Positions 1 to 10,896 of a stretch of 64,000 nucleotides of DNA are shown here, in pieces. Position 1 is the first letter of the stretch. Each line of letters opens with the position of its first letter. A model generated the notes under the pieces. The model searched no databases and was not told the origin of the DNA. It was given only the letters and a program-made list of their open reading frames with translations. This DNA comes from Octopus sinensis (taxonomy: Eukaryota), in NCBI RefSeq assembly GCF_006345805.1, contig NC_043002.1, positions 73,470,001 to 73,534,000 on the forward strand, written 5' to 3'. Both the position numbers and the translations under genes were made by a program.

Positions 1-332
1 TCACTCCCTCTTTCTCTCTCACACTCTCAATCCCTTTCTCTTTCTCTCTTACTTCCTGTCTCTCCTCTTTTTCTCTCGCTTTGCCACGTCAAAGAAATAA
101 GTGTGACGCACACAACAGGTACGTACAAACATAAAAAGTTAGCGTATTAATATTATTGATAATTTTGTTCACTTTTCATTACTGATTTACTAGTTTAAAA
201 AAAGCTACATACAACATTATCTGAAGACTATTTCAATTTTGAAGTTCAGCTTACATCGGGAAAAGCTAAATAGACTTTTAGTACACACCGCCTCGTGACG
301 CATTTGCAAAAGAATATTTTCAGATTTGTTAA

Positions 333-720
333 GGCTGGCTGAAACATTAGCATGCCGGGCGAAATGTTTAGCGGTATTTCGTCTGCCGCTACGTTCTGAG
401 TTCAAATTCCGCCGAGGTCGACTTTGCCTTTCATCCTTTCGAGGTCGTTTAAATAAGTACCAGTTACGCACTGGGGTCGATATAATCGACTTAATCCGTT
501 TGTCTGTCCTTGTTTCTCCTCTCCGTGTTTAGCTCCTTGTGGGTAGTAAAGAAATAGGTATTTCGTCTGACTTCATGTTCTGAGTTCAAATTCCGCCGAT
601 GTCGACTTTGCTTTTCATCCTTTCGGGGGCGATAAATTAAGTACCAGTTGTGTACTGGTCGATCTGACCGACTGACTCCCTCGCCAAAAATTTCGGGCCT
701 AGTGCCTAGAGTGGAAAAGT
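333..720 (+). mobile_element. tRNA-derived SINE, family A, with Meta-domain-like core; many copies (2690-2935, 3420-3535, 4330-4660, 5205-5330, 8190-8605, 48150-48340 on -; 54246-54445, 57331-57520 on +)
   Basis: Recurrent GAGTTCAAATTCC B box followed by GCCTTTCATCCTTTCGGGGTCGATAAA..AGTACCAG. Confidence 0.8.
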
Positions 721-1291
721 ATATTTTCCTATTTGTCACCTGTTTCATATGTTTTTTACTACTATTTACTATTTATCGTACTTGATTGAATTTTTAGAAT
801 AAGGTTTTTATAGTATATATTTTCTATATGGTGTGAATAACATCTTTCATTATTGAATTGTTTAATAGATGTTTTTTTCTCTAAATTATATACATATGTT
901 CAAATATATATATATATATTATATACACGTACATTCACACATATACATGCTCCACATATACCCTTAATACACACACACACCCGTTTCAACAGCATAACAT
1001 TTTAATTGAGAATTGCATAATTCTCGATTGGCACTATACAAATTTATACGTCAATAACCATTTACATAAATCTGTATCAAAGCCCTATTGTCAGTAAGTT
1101 TTTTCAAAAACACACTTTTACCGGTAGATAATCAATAATACTTCAAAAGAGACACTTTGTTATTATACTATGAAATATAAAACCTATGATATTTCATAGT
1201 ATACTAGAGAGGATGTAACAATAAATGGAATTCTATTTCGATGTAATCCTTTAAAATTTGAAGATACTGTTTTGTTTGTTTTTTTACGAAC

Positions 1292-2306
1292 TCCAAAATT
1301 ATAAATTAATATTATGTATGCCTTCGAATAAAATAAAAATTTTACGGTGTGAATGAAAACTTAACGAGTGAAATAGATTTAATCGAAATTTGATGCGCCG
1401 TAAATCAAAGAGAATTAGAAGTCGCTAAAGTTAAATATTAGAATATCACTGTGGTTCGTCAAAAGTGGTAGGAGGTCGATGAAGATTGAGAATGTGGCAG
1501 ACAAATAGTAATGTTTTGATAAAATTAAGATGGTCGACGAAAAAAGATTATTTCCTAGAGTGCAGGATCAACACGAACGTGAAGACGGTTCTGTTGTACG
1601 TATGTAAAACAAGACGAATCATAAATTTCTCCATCAACAAGCTCCAAACATCTGTGAATAGATGTGTCCGGTATAGCCTTGGGGTGAGATGGCAAAACAG
1701 ACTCACAAACAGGACTCCGGGAACAAGCAAATTCATATCCTAACGAAACATAGATCAAGAAGAGAAAATGGGGTCAGCTGGGATAAACCCCACGGAAACT
1801 ACCAACATCACAAAGATGGACACCCCAAGGGAGATGGAAGTGTAACAGACCAAAAACATGGAGAAGGTCTGGAGAAACTGAAAGATTGGGCAGTAATCCA
1901 TTACCAAAGTTCGGGAGAGATAGAAATATCTTGTTGGCATCCTATGGAATCATAGAAATTAGGAAAGAAAATTAGGAAACTGCTTTGTCTACTCAGTGAT
2001 AAAAAGGGAGATCCCAAAAGTTTTCGCTAATACTTTTTGGGTGTGACGTGGAAAAGGAAATATTTATCAGTCTGAGAAACGCTGCTGTATGGAATAACTG
2101 GGGAGTTAATGGAGCGGCCACGTGGGCACTCGGCCCTTAACTCGCACCCTAGCGTCTTAAACTCCTTAACTCAAATCCAACAGTCTTCATCTCCTTAATT
2201 CACAACCTAAAAAAAGTTGCCATTTAATAATACAATGGTTAATGTGTTGAACAATGGAACATAAGGTACATGATACCTAACAGATGAAGAAGAGAGAGAC
2301 GGAGAA
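1292..2306 (+). repeat. 1015-bp segment duplicated at 5524-6538
   Basis: Constant 4232-nt offset, identical ORF-track translations except one residue; two substitutions seen. Confidence 0.95.
1500..1940 (+). pseudogene. Decayed RTE-type LINE reverse-transcriptase C-terminal fragment (also 5732-6172)
   Basis: KTVLLYVCKTRRI...KLQTSVNRCVRYSLGVRW resembles the LLYGCETW...LQTFVNRCLR motif of RTE-like ORFs; frameshifted. Confidence 0.6.
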
Positions 2307-3945
2307 AGAGAGGCAGAAGGGGAGAGAAACAGAAGGAGACAGAGACAAAATGACCATAACAGAGATGTTTTTGATCAGAGGTTGACAATAGGTGGGCCGC
2401 AAAGATGTTCTCTGTGGGTTTTTCAGGCCCCCTGTAGAAATTCTTTAAATTTATTGTATTTGTGGAAGATTAAACAGCTGATGGCTTTTAGATAATGTTT
2501 TGTCACAAGTTAATGCTTACATGAGTATTGGTAATAATGCAAAAGCGGTGATGTAGGGATATGAGGTTGGGAGATATTTCAATATTAAGATATGATATAT
2601 TATATGTTTGCCAGGAGTAGATGTAAATAAAAACTGAAGGTGAACCATTACAAAAGGAAGTTACAGATCCATGCTTGTTATCATACTCAGCCCAGAACTG
2701 GGCGAAATAGCAACAACAACAATACTAGCAAACTGGTTTCAAATTTTGGCACAAGGCCAACAATTTCGGGGAGGGGATAAGTCGATTCCATCAACTGGTA
2801 GTTATGTTATCGACCACGAGAGGATGAAAAGCAAAGTCGACCTCGACGGAATTTGAACTCAGAAACTTGCAGACAGACGAAATGCCGTTAAGCATTTTGT
2901 GCGGTGTGTTAACAATTCCGCCACCTCGCCGTCCTAACAGTTACTAGCAAATTTACACCTGAAAGTAATTGAATGACATTAACTCTGAAGCCAAAACCAC
3001 GTGGCTGCAAAGCCGTCTTCTTAACCACACACTTACGTCTGCGCGTATGCCTATATTTGTTTGTTTATTCGTTTTTCTGTTGTTTTTGTTCTTTTTTTTG
3101 TTTGTTTGTTTGTTTTAGCTTTTTTTTTTTTTTTTTTTTGCTCATTTCAGTCATTGCACCAGTGTCCATGGTGTGGAACCACCTGTTTAATCCATCTCTG
3201 AAATTTAATTTGATGAAACAAAAAGAAAAGGATTGATGTAAGCATTCCTTGTGATAGTGAATGTATTTCAAGGATTGCCCAAGAATAAAATCTTTGGAAA
3301 ATGTTGGCTTAGAAGTTAAAGTTGGTTACCACTTTGTCATATTTTTGTATCTTAAAACGTGAAGAGAAGGGAACTAACTCTAATTCTTTCTGATTTTGGC
3401 ATAAGGCCAGCAATATTAAGAGGAGGGGACAAGTATATTAAAATGACCCCAGTACTTGACCGATACTTAATTTTATCGACCCCGAAAGAATGAAAGGCAA
3501 AGTCGACCTCGGCGTATTTTGAACTCAGAACACCGTCCAACCCATGCCTGCATGGAAGAGAGACGTTAAATGATGATGATGATGATGAACATAGGGAGTC
3601 TCAAAGAGAGAGAAAGAGGCGAAATAATACCTCAGATAAATGTTCTTCTCAGTCCTTTCTACAGTAAACCCCCGACTATCGCGGGCGTTACGTTCCAAAC
3701 CCCACTGTGATAGGTGAAAATCCGCGAAGTGGAAACAATACTGTACTGTATTTTTTTATTTTCACAATTTGTATATATTTGTTTCACTATAAATGCAAAA
3801 CAACAACACTGAGGACTAAACCCGTACCCTTCTTCAGGTGTCTTGGGCATATGGCGTAGTGGTTAAGAGCGCGGGCTACTAAACCCAAGATTCCGAATTC
3901 GATTCCAGGCAGTGACCTGAATGATAATATTATTATTATTATTAC

Positions 3946-3982
<37 letters not shown>

Positions 3983-4920
3983 GAGTGAGAGAGCAGTTCG
4001 TGCCATCAAAGTGACACTGGGGTAAAATATACGAAGCCCAATATACCCATCATGACTACCCGTCTGATAAGGTATTATTATTATTAATGATAATAATAAT
4101 AATAACATCGAAAAATACCTTAGGAATGAGAACCCAGGTTCCAAATTCCATCATTCCATGCTTTTCGTATGCAGGCCGGCGGGGCTCGCTCTAGGCACTC
4201 TATTTGACGTAAGCTTAAATAATAAGCCGCGAAAGGTGAACCGGTTTTGATTTCACATTGAGATGAGACAGACTTCTTTTCCCAAATCCCCAAGTATAAA
4301 CCGTATCAAACACAGGTATAAAGCCTGAAATTTTTCGTGGAAGGGGACGATTAATCGACAAGTATTTTATTTTACCGACCTCGTAATGATGAAACGCAAA
4401 GTTGACCTCGGCGATATTTGAACTCCAAATGTCGCAAAGCATTTTTTTTTATTTTGCGAAGCTCTAACGACTTTTCCAGTAATGGCTTATGATGTAGACA
4501 CAAAGGTAGTAGTTTTGATGGAACAGTATTTGACTGGTATTTTATTACATCGACCCCAGATAGGTGAATGGCCAAGCTAACCTCGGCGGGATTTGAACTC
4601 AAAATGTGTAGAGCTGAAACAAATACCACAAGTAATTGTTTCCGATACTCTACGGATTCTGTCATTCCATCGCCCGAATCCACCCAAGTAATAATAATAT
4701 ACTGGGTGGATTCGGTTGGTTATATCCGTTGCTATAAAATTGAACTAATATTGGTTTCAAATTTTGGCACAAGGCCAGCAATTTCGAGGAGGGGACAATT
4801 CGATTACAGTGATCCACTTATTTTATCGAATACAGTTCTATATTTAAGAGATGAGGAATTATGTAGATTATTTACATTATTTACATTTGACGGATATTTG
4901 TCCTCATCTCGTTTGTTGCT

Positions 4921-4966
4921 AACACAACGTTTCGGCTGATATAGCCTCCAGCCTTCATCAGGTGTC
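4921..4966 (-). ncRNA. Minimal hammerhead variant (Penelope-type)
   Basis: GACAC-CUGAUGA-A-GGCUG-(10 nt)-CAGCC-GAAAC-GUU^GUGUU; extra A after the core and ACGU palindrome in place of a stable stem III. Confidence 0.65.
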
Positions 4967-4970
4967 TTGG

Positions 4971-5045
4971 GCATATGGCGTAGTGGTTAAGAGCGCGGGC
5001 TGCTAACCCCAAGATTCTGAGCTCGATTCCAGGCAGTGACCTGAA
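4971..5045 (+). mobile_element. tRNA-like SINE head, family D (second copy 3847-3920)
   Basis: A box TGGCGTAGTGG (4976-4986), B-box-like GCTCGATTCC (5021-5030), anticodon-like loop CTGCTAA; acceptor stem not complete. Confidence 0.7.
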
Positions 5046-5112
5046 TAATAATAACAACAACAACATTGAAAAATACCTTAGGAATTAGAACCCAGGTTCG
5101 AAATTTCCCTAA

Positions 5113-5158
5113 GATACCTGATGAAGGCTGGAGGGTATATCAGCCGAAACGTTGTGTT
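5113..5158 (+). ncRNA. Minimal hammerhead variant, inverted partner of 4921-4966
   Basis: GAUAC-CUGAUGA-A-GGCUG-GAGGGUAUAU-CAGCC-GAAAC-GUU^GUGUU. Confidence 0.6.
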
Positions 5159-6788
5159 AACAATAAACAAGATGAGGACAAATATCCGTCAAATGTAAAT
5201 AATGTTATTTTATCGACCCCAAAAGGATGAACGGGAAAGTCGACCTGGGTAGAATATGAATTTAAAACGTAAAAATGCCGCTAAAAATTTTGTCAGGCGT
5301 GCAAACGGTTCTGCCACCTTGCCGCCTTAAATTGAACTAATATCGTAGAATAATTAAAAATGGATTGACAATTCATAATAAATACATTGGCATAAGGGTA
5401 ATTTGATGAAGTATTCAGTAACACACTGTTCCGGGTTCGAGTTCTGTGTACTTGTCTGGCAAGTGACTTGATCTGAGACATTGTGTGGAAACTGAACCAA
5501 TTATAACATCGGCGAGTCATTTTTCCAAAATTATAAATTAATATTATGTATGCCTTCGAATAAAATAAAAATTTTACGGTGTGAATGAAAACTTAACGAG
5601 TGAAATAGATTTAATCGAAATTTGATGCGCCGTAAATCAAAGAGAATTAGAAGTCGCTAAAGTTAAATATTAGAATATCACTGTGGTTCGTCAAAAGTGG
5701 TAGGAGGTCGATGAAGATTGAGAATGTGGCAGACAAATAGTAATGTTTTGATAAAATTAAGATGGTCGACGAAAAAAGATTATTTCCTAGAGTGCAGGAT
5801 CAACACGAACGTGAAGACGGTTCTGTTGTACGTATGTAAAACAAGACGAATCATAAATTTCTCCATCAACAAGCTCCAAACATCTGTGAATAGATGTGTC
5901 CGGTATAGCCTTGGGGTGAGATGGCAAAACAGACTCACAAACAGGACTCCGGGAACAAGCAAATTCATATCCTAACGAAACATAGATCAAGAAGAGAAAA
6001 TGGGGTCAGCTGGGATAAACCCTACGGAAACTACCAACATCACAAAGATGGACACCCCAAGGGAGATGGAAGTGTAACAGACCAAAAACATGGAGAAGGT
6101 CTGGAGAAACTGAAAGATTGGGCAGTAATCCATTACCAAAGTTCGGGAGAGATAGAAATATCTTGTTGGCATCCTATGGAATCATAGAAATTAGGAAAGA
6201 AAATTAGGAAGCTGCTTTGTCTACTCAGTGATAAAAAGGGAGATCCCAAAAGTTTTCGCTAATACTTTTTGGGTGTGACGTGGAAAAGGAAATATTTATC
6301 AGTCTGAGAAACGCTGCTGTATGGAATAACTGGGGAGTTAATGGAGCGGCCACGTGGGCACTCGGCCCTTAACTCGCACCCTAGCGTCTTAAACTCCTTA
6401 ACTCAAATCCAACAGTCTTCATCTCCTTAATTCACAACCTAAAAAAAGTTGCCATTTAATAATACAATGGTTAATGTGTTGAACAATGGAACATAAGGTA
6501 CATGATACCTAACAGATGAAGAAGAGAGAGACGGAGAATAATTAAAAATGGATTGACAATTCATAATAAATACATTGGCATAAGGGTAATTTGATGAAGT
6601 ATTCAGTAACACACTGTTCCGGGTTCGAGTTCTGTGTACTTGTCTGGCAAGTGACTTGATCTGAGACATTGTGTGGAAACTGAACCAATTATAACATCGG
6701 CGAGTCATTTTACATTTATAAATTTGTTTTGTGAGATTCTTGATATGAAATCGTGTGTTGAAACAGATATTGTTACATTTCGGGACGG

Positions 6789-6821
<33 letters not shown>

Positions 6822-6876
6822 CAAATAAATGAGAGAATGGAGTTGAACGACGAATTAACAAAATTCCTTTATTTTA

Positions 6877-6959
6877 TTTTCGACATATGTTTCGAAGGCT
6901 GCATATTCCTAATTTCGAAGGAATAAGGGGTGCATTATGCCGCCTTCTCATCAGGAAAA
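6877..6959 (-). ncRNA. Type I hammerhead ribozyme, canonical core
   Basis: Minus strand reads UUUUC-CUGAUGA-GAAGGC-(42 nt)-GCCUUC-GAAAC-AUAU-GUC^GAAAA: 5-bp stem I, 6-bp stem II, palindromic loop III, GUC cleavage triplet. Confidence 0.85.
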
Positions 6960-7098
6960 GTAAGGAACTTATGTCAGCATCAAGATGCACAAAACCTTTT
7001 AGATGACTGCCCGCACGGAGCCCATAGCGATAATGGGCTCCGTGCGGGCAGTCATCTAAAAGTTTTTGTGCGTCTTGATGCTGACATAAGTTCCTTAC

Positions 7099-7181
7099 TT
7101 TTCCTTATGAGAAGGCGGCATAATGCACCCCTTATTCCTTCGAAATTAGGAATATGCAGCCTTCGAAACATATGTCGAAAA
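7099..7181 (+). ncRNA. Mirror hammerhead copy with core mutation (CUUAUGA), probably inactive
   Basis: Right arm of the 6819-7239 palindrome; G5 of the core is changed to U at 7106. Confidence 0.7.
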
Positions 7182-7395
7182 TAAAATAAAGGAATTTTGT
7201 TAATTCGTCGTTCAACTCCATTCTCTCATTTATTTGTATTTAAAAAAAACACACAAATTTCCACACGATAGCACGGGATCTCTGACTAGGCATGTAGCTT
7301 CAACCGTGTTTTTCTGACGTGAATTTGCTACCCAGGTATCGGTTAACCGAATTATCCATAATAAGATAATTCATTCAACTACTCAATTATATATA

Positions 7396-7464
<69 letters not shown>

Positions 7465-9898
7465 CAAATAAACACATGCACTAAATATTCGTTCTTCAGT
7501 TCAGCTTTATTATTGTTCATCCTTTATCTTAAATCTTTCCTCACACATCTTGTGATCTCTTTAGTGACTCTGTGGAATGGGCTAACCAGAACAGGAGACA
7601 CGTGAGATGGAGAGGCACTGATGAGTCCACAGGATGAGTCACGAAAGATTTAAGACAAAAGACACAAAGATAAGAACAATAATATAGCTGAAGTGAAGAA
7701 TGAATAAACAGTGTGTGTGTTTATTTGGCAAAAAATATGACCGTCCCGAAATATAACAATAGTCATTTTACCCTTCTAAAAAAAAATACAAAAAGTGTTA
7801 TATTCACTTTCTGTTTGTTTTTTCTTGGGGTAAGAAAATTTTTGTCACATAACTACAAACTACTCTCTGACGTAGTCCCACTATTGCTTTCATGCTTTCA
7901 ATTCTTCTGCTAGCATACTTTAAATAATTTAGACAAAACTGAGCTGAGAGTGGCTAGTGGCGTATATATGAACAACTTAGATAAATACTTGTATGTCAAA
8001 TACCATACAGCATAAATTCTTGATTCATAAAAATTATCTCCGCTTCTAGAGGATGTGCGATAATTACCAAATAGCAATTAATGCGAGCTTCACTCTCAAG
8101 AATTAAGAATTCTTCAAAATTGACATGCCAAAAGGAAAAGGAAGGCTTATGGTCTAGAGATAGAGAACAGTCGTGGACACGTGTTTCTTATTTCTTATTT
8201 CTCACAAGGGGCTAAACATAGAGGGAACAAACAAGGATAGACAAAGGGATTAAGTCAATTACATCGACCCCAGTACGTAACTGGTACTTAATTTATCGAC
8301 TCAGAAAGGGTGAAAGGCAAAGTCGACATCGGCGGAATTTGAACTCAGAACGTAACGGCAGACGAAATACCTATTTCTTTACTACCTACAAGGGGCTACA
8401 CACAGAAGGGACAAATAAGGAAAGACAAACGGATTAAGTCGATTATGTCGACCCCAGTGCGTAACTGGTACTTATTTAATCGACCCCGAAAGGATGAAAG
8501 GCCAAGTCAACCTCGGCGGAATTTGAACTCAGAACGTAGTGGCAGACGAAATACGGCTAAGCATTTCGTCCGGCGTGCTAACGTTTCTGCCAGCTCGCCG
8601 CCTTGTGGACACGTGTTTCTGACTCAGTAGCTGTCATCAGCACGACAATTGTCCAACCTTATCTCCAGCAGCCAAGGGACTTAGAGTTATACAAAAAAGA
8701 GAACATATTTATGACCTCGGTAATATGCATAATCTAAACAAAGATGAAGTCAAAGAAATAACTAGGAGTAGCCAAAACAAAAGACATTTGTGAGGACTTT
8801 GAGACGTTTGCTTATAAGAATGAATCTGCTAAAATTAAATACCCCCCCTCCGGTTTATTTGTTCTGTACTTTCTTCTCCAGGTAGCTTATCTGAAGTATT
8901 CTTTTCCTATGTCTTTATATGTATTCCTCTTCTCTATCCATTTCTTTTTTCTCCACCTCCTTTATCTCTCCTTCCTCCTCTTTCTGTCTATCAGTACCGC
9001 CGTCTCTAAAGTATTTTCTTCTTTTCCCACATCTTCTTCTTCTTCTTCTTCTTCTTCTTCTTCTTCTTCTTCTTCGTCTTCTTCTTCTCCTCCTCCTACT
9101 ACTACTCCCATCCTTCTTTTTCTTCTTCCTTCTATTCTTCTCCTTTATTTTGTTCTCATTTCCCCCTTTTCTTTGTATCCTTTTCTCGTTCTAATTCTCC
9201 AACACAGTTTTTGTCGATGACATTATTTCTTAATTTCTATTGTTACTGTTGAACTGCATTGCCCTCTTCCGAATATTGTAATGAACTAACCTGCATTTTT
9301 AAAATTTATTTCTTTAGAACTAGTTCGTTCTACTTTCAAGGATAAAGCAACAGAAAAATATGTAGAGAGAGTTAAATGCCCCTGGAGGTGGAAAAAAAAA
9401 ACGAAACAAAAAAAATCACTGCAAAAAATATAAACAGATAAAGAGACTAACAAAGTAACAAATATTCACCATGACCATTTTTCTTGCCATTTTTTTTCCA
9501 ATTCTGAGATAAATAATTCAAATTACTAAATACATTAAGAATCAAAAACATGACAGTAAACTCAACTGACCAGATGTGTTCACACTCTCATTGAGAACTG
9601 TACATCTGGCTTGCAAACCTCACACACGAAGAATAAGACGAATTCAACAAGATTTCTTTCTCCAGCAATAATTTTCTTTTTCATCGGTTGACGTGACAAG
9701 AGTCCATCTATTTAAGCTAACGAAAGAGGCATTGTGTAAATTCAAAAGCTACTAGTTTTATGTTTTCAACGATTTTGTATATAGCTATCAAAAGCAGTTT
9801 TTTATTCAATTTAAAAGATACTGTTGATGTCAATTGTAATCGTTTGTATATATATTAAATCGACAATGGTCATGTGAAGCTTTCCATCTGCTTTACTG

Positions 9899-9906
9899 CT
9901 TATAAG
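9899..9906 (+). promoter_or_regulatory. Candidate TATA box (CTTATAAG) of the secreted-protein gene
   Basis: TATAAG at 9901, about 30 nt upstream of a CA dinucleotide at 9931 and 84 nt upstream of the ATG at 9985. Positional inference only. Confidence 0.4.
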
Positions 9907-9984
9907 ACTACTTAGCAGTTTTTTGCTGGCCAGACGAAGTAAGAAAGAAACGGTGCAACTCGGAAACCCCCATCTGATTCAAAG

Positions 9985-10045
9985 ATGAAGAATTTTATTA
10001 GTGTAACCTGTCTGGTCACTGTACTCTGCTTCTCAGCAATATGTG
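9985..10045 (+). CDS. Coding exon 1: signal peptide MKNFISVTCLVTVLCFSAIC(A), phase 1
   Basis: AAAG-ATG, then Lys plus a hydrophobic core, ending G|GTAAGT (consensus donor). The spare G joins CC of exon 2 to give GCC (Ala) and stays in frame. Absent from the ORF track because it is short. Confidence 0.8.
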
Positions 10046-10268
10046 GTAAGTTGACAACATTTATACTTGGGACAGTTAAATAATATGAAAACAGTGCAAT
10101 AAAAAATATCACTCGAGGTGGATGGCATTTCATGTGTTATGTTTTAAATTCTTATGCAATATCTTCAAATGAACTCATAAACTTATAGAGTCTTAAATCA
10201 AGGTAATATTATATATAGATAGACAGATAGATATGTATATACAATCACACAAGGACGCGTATACACGT

Positions 10269-10324
<56 letters not shown>

Positions 10325-10474
10325 GGTTTAAGTAATTGAGATTCAAGTGAGTTCTAATGAATTCACATGAATATGGCCCTTAACTAGGATGCACCGGAAA
10401 TCTATATGGTGTTAACCATACGACAAGTAGGGTGATTACAAATAGGAAAAAAGCAACAAGAATGGGTTAAAATA

Positions 10475-10558
10475 TCGGTACAATTGTTTCGTACGAGGAC
10501 ATCTTTAATAAGCTACAAAAAATGCAGTAAATATAGTTGGCTCGTACTCGTCAGCCGA
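10475..10558 (-). ncRNA. Type I hammerhead ribozyme, canonical core
   Basis: Minus strand reads UCGG-CUGACGA-GUACGAG-(43 nt)-CUCGUAC-GAAAC-AAUU-GUA^CCGA; 7-bp stem II. Sequence unrelated to the 6877 motif outside the core. Confidence 0.85.
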
Positions 10559-10821
10559 AAAAACATCAGAGATTCCCAAACATCAAAAGGGGTAGATACA
10601 AATGAAGGTGTGAGTTTAACTGCATTGAAGAAAGTTCGATTCCTGGGGATCTGATGAAAGGTCTTGAACTTACAGAATATGTGCATGTCCATATACAGTT
10701 CATAGTGAATTGTTAATCAAGTTATGTGAAGAAATTATGGATACCATCGTGCGAAATTTCCGAGAATCCGAGTAAGAAGCAAAGTGCCAGTCTTATCGTG
10801 TAGAGGAACAGATTGTTATTG

Positions 10822-10896
<75 letters not shown>

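Larger units (their letters stand above)
6819..7239. repeat. 421-bp palindrome (207-bp arms, 7-nt spacer, about 3 mismatches)
   Basis: Arms 6819-7025 and 7033-7239 are reverse complements; abuts a (TA)n tract. Confidence 0.95.

Noticed and set aside
4971-5045. Functional tRNA gene
   Set aside because: A and B boxes are present but the acceptor stem does not close and copies are degenerate; treated as a SINE head. No bona fide tRNA or rRNA was seen.
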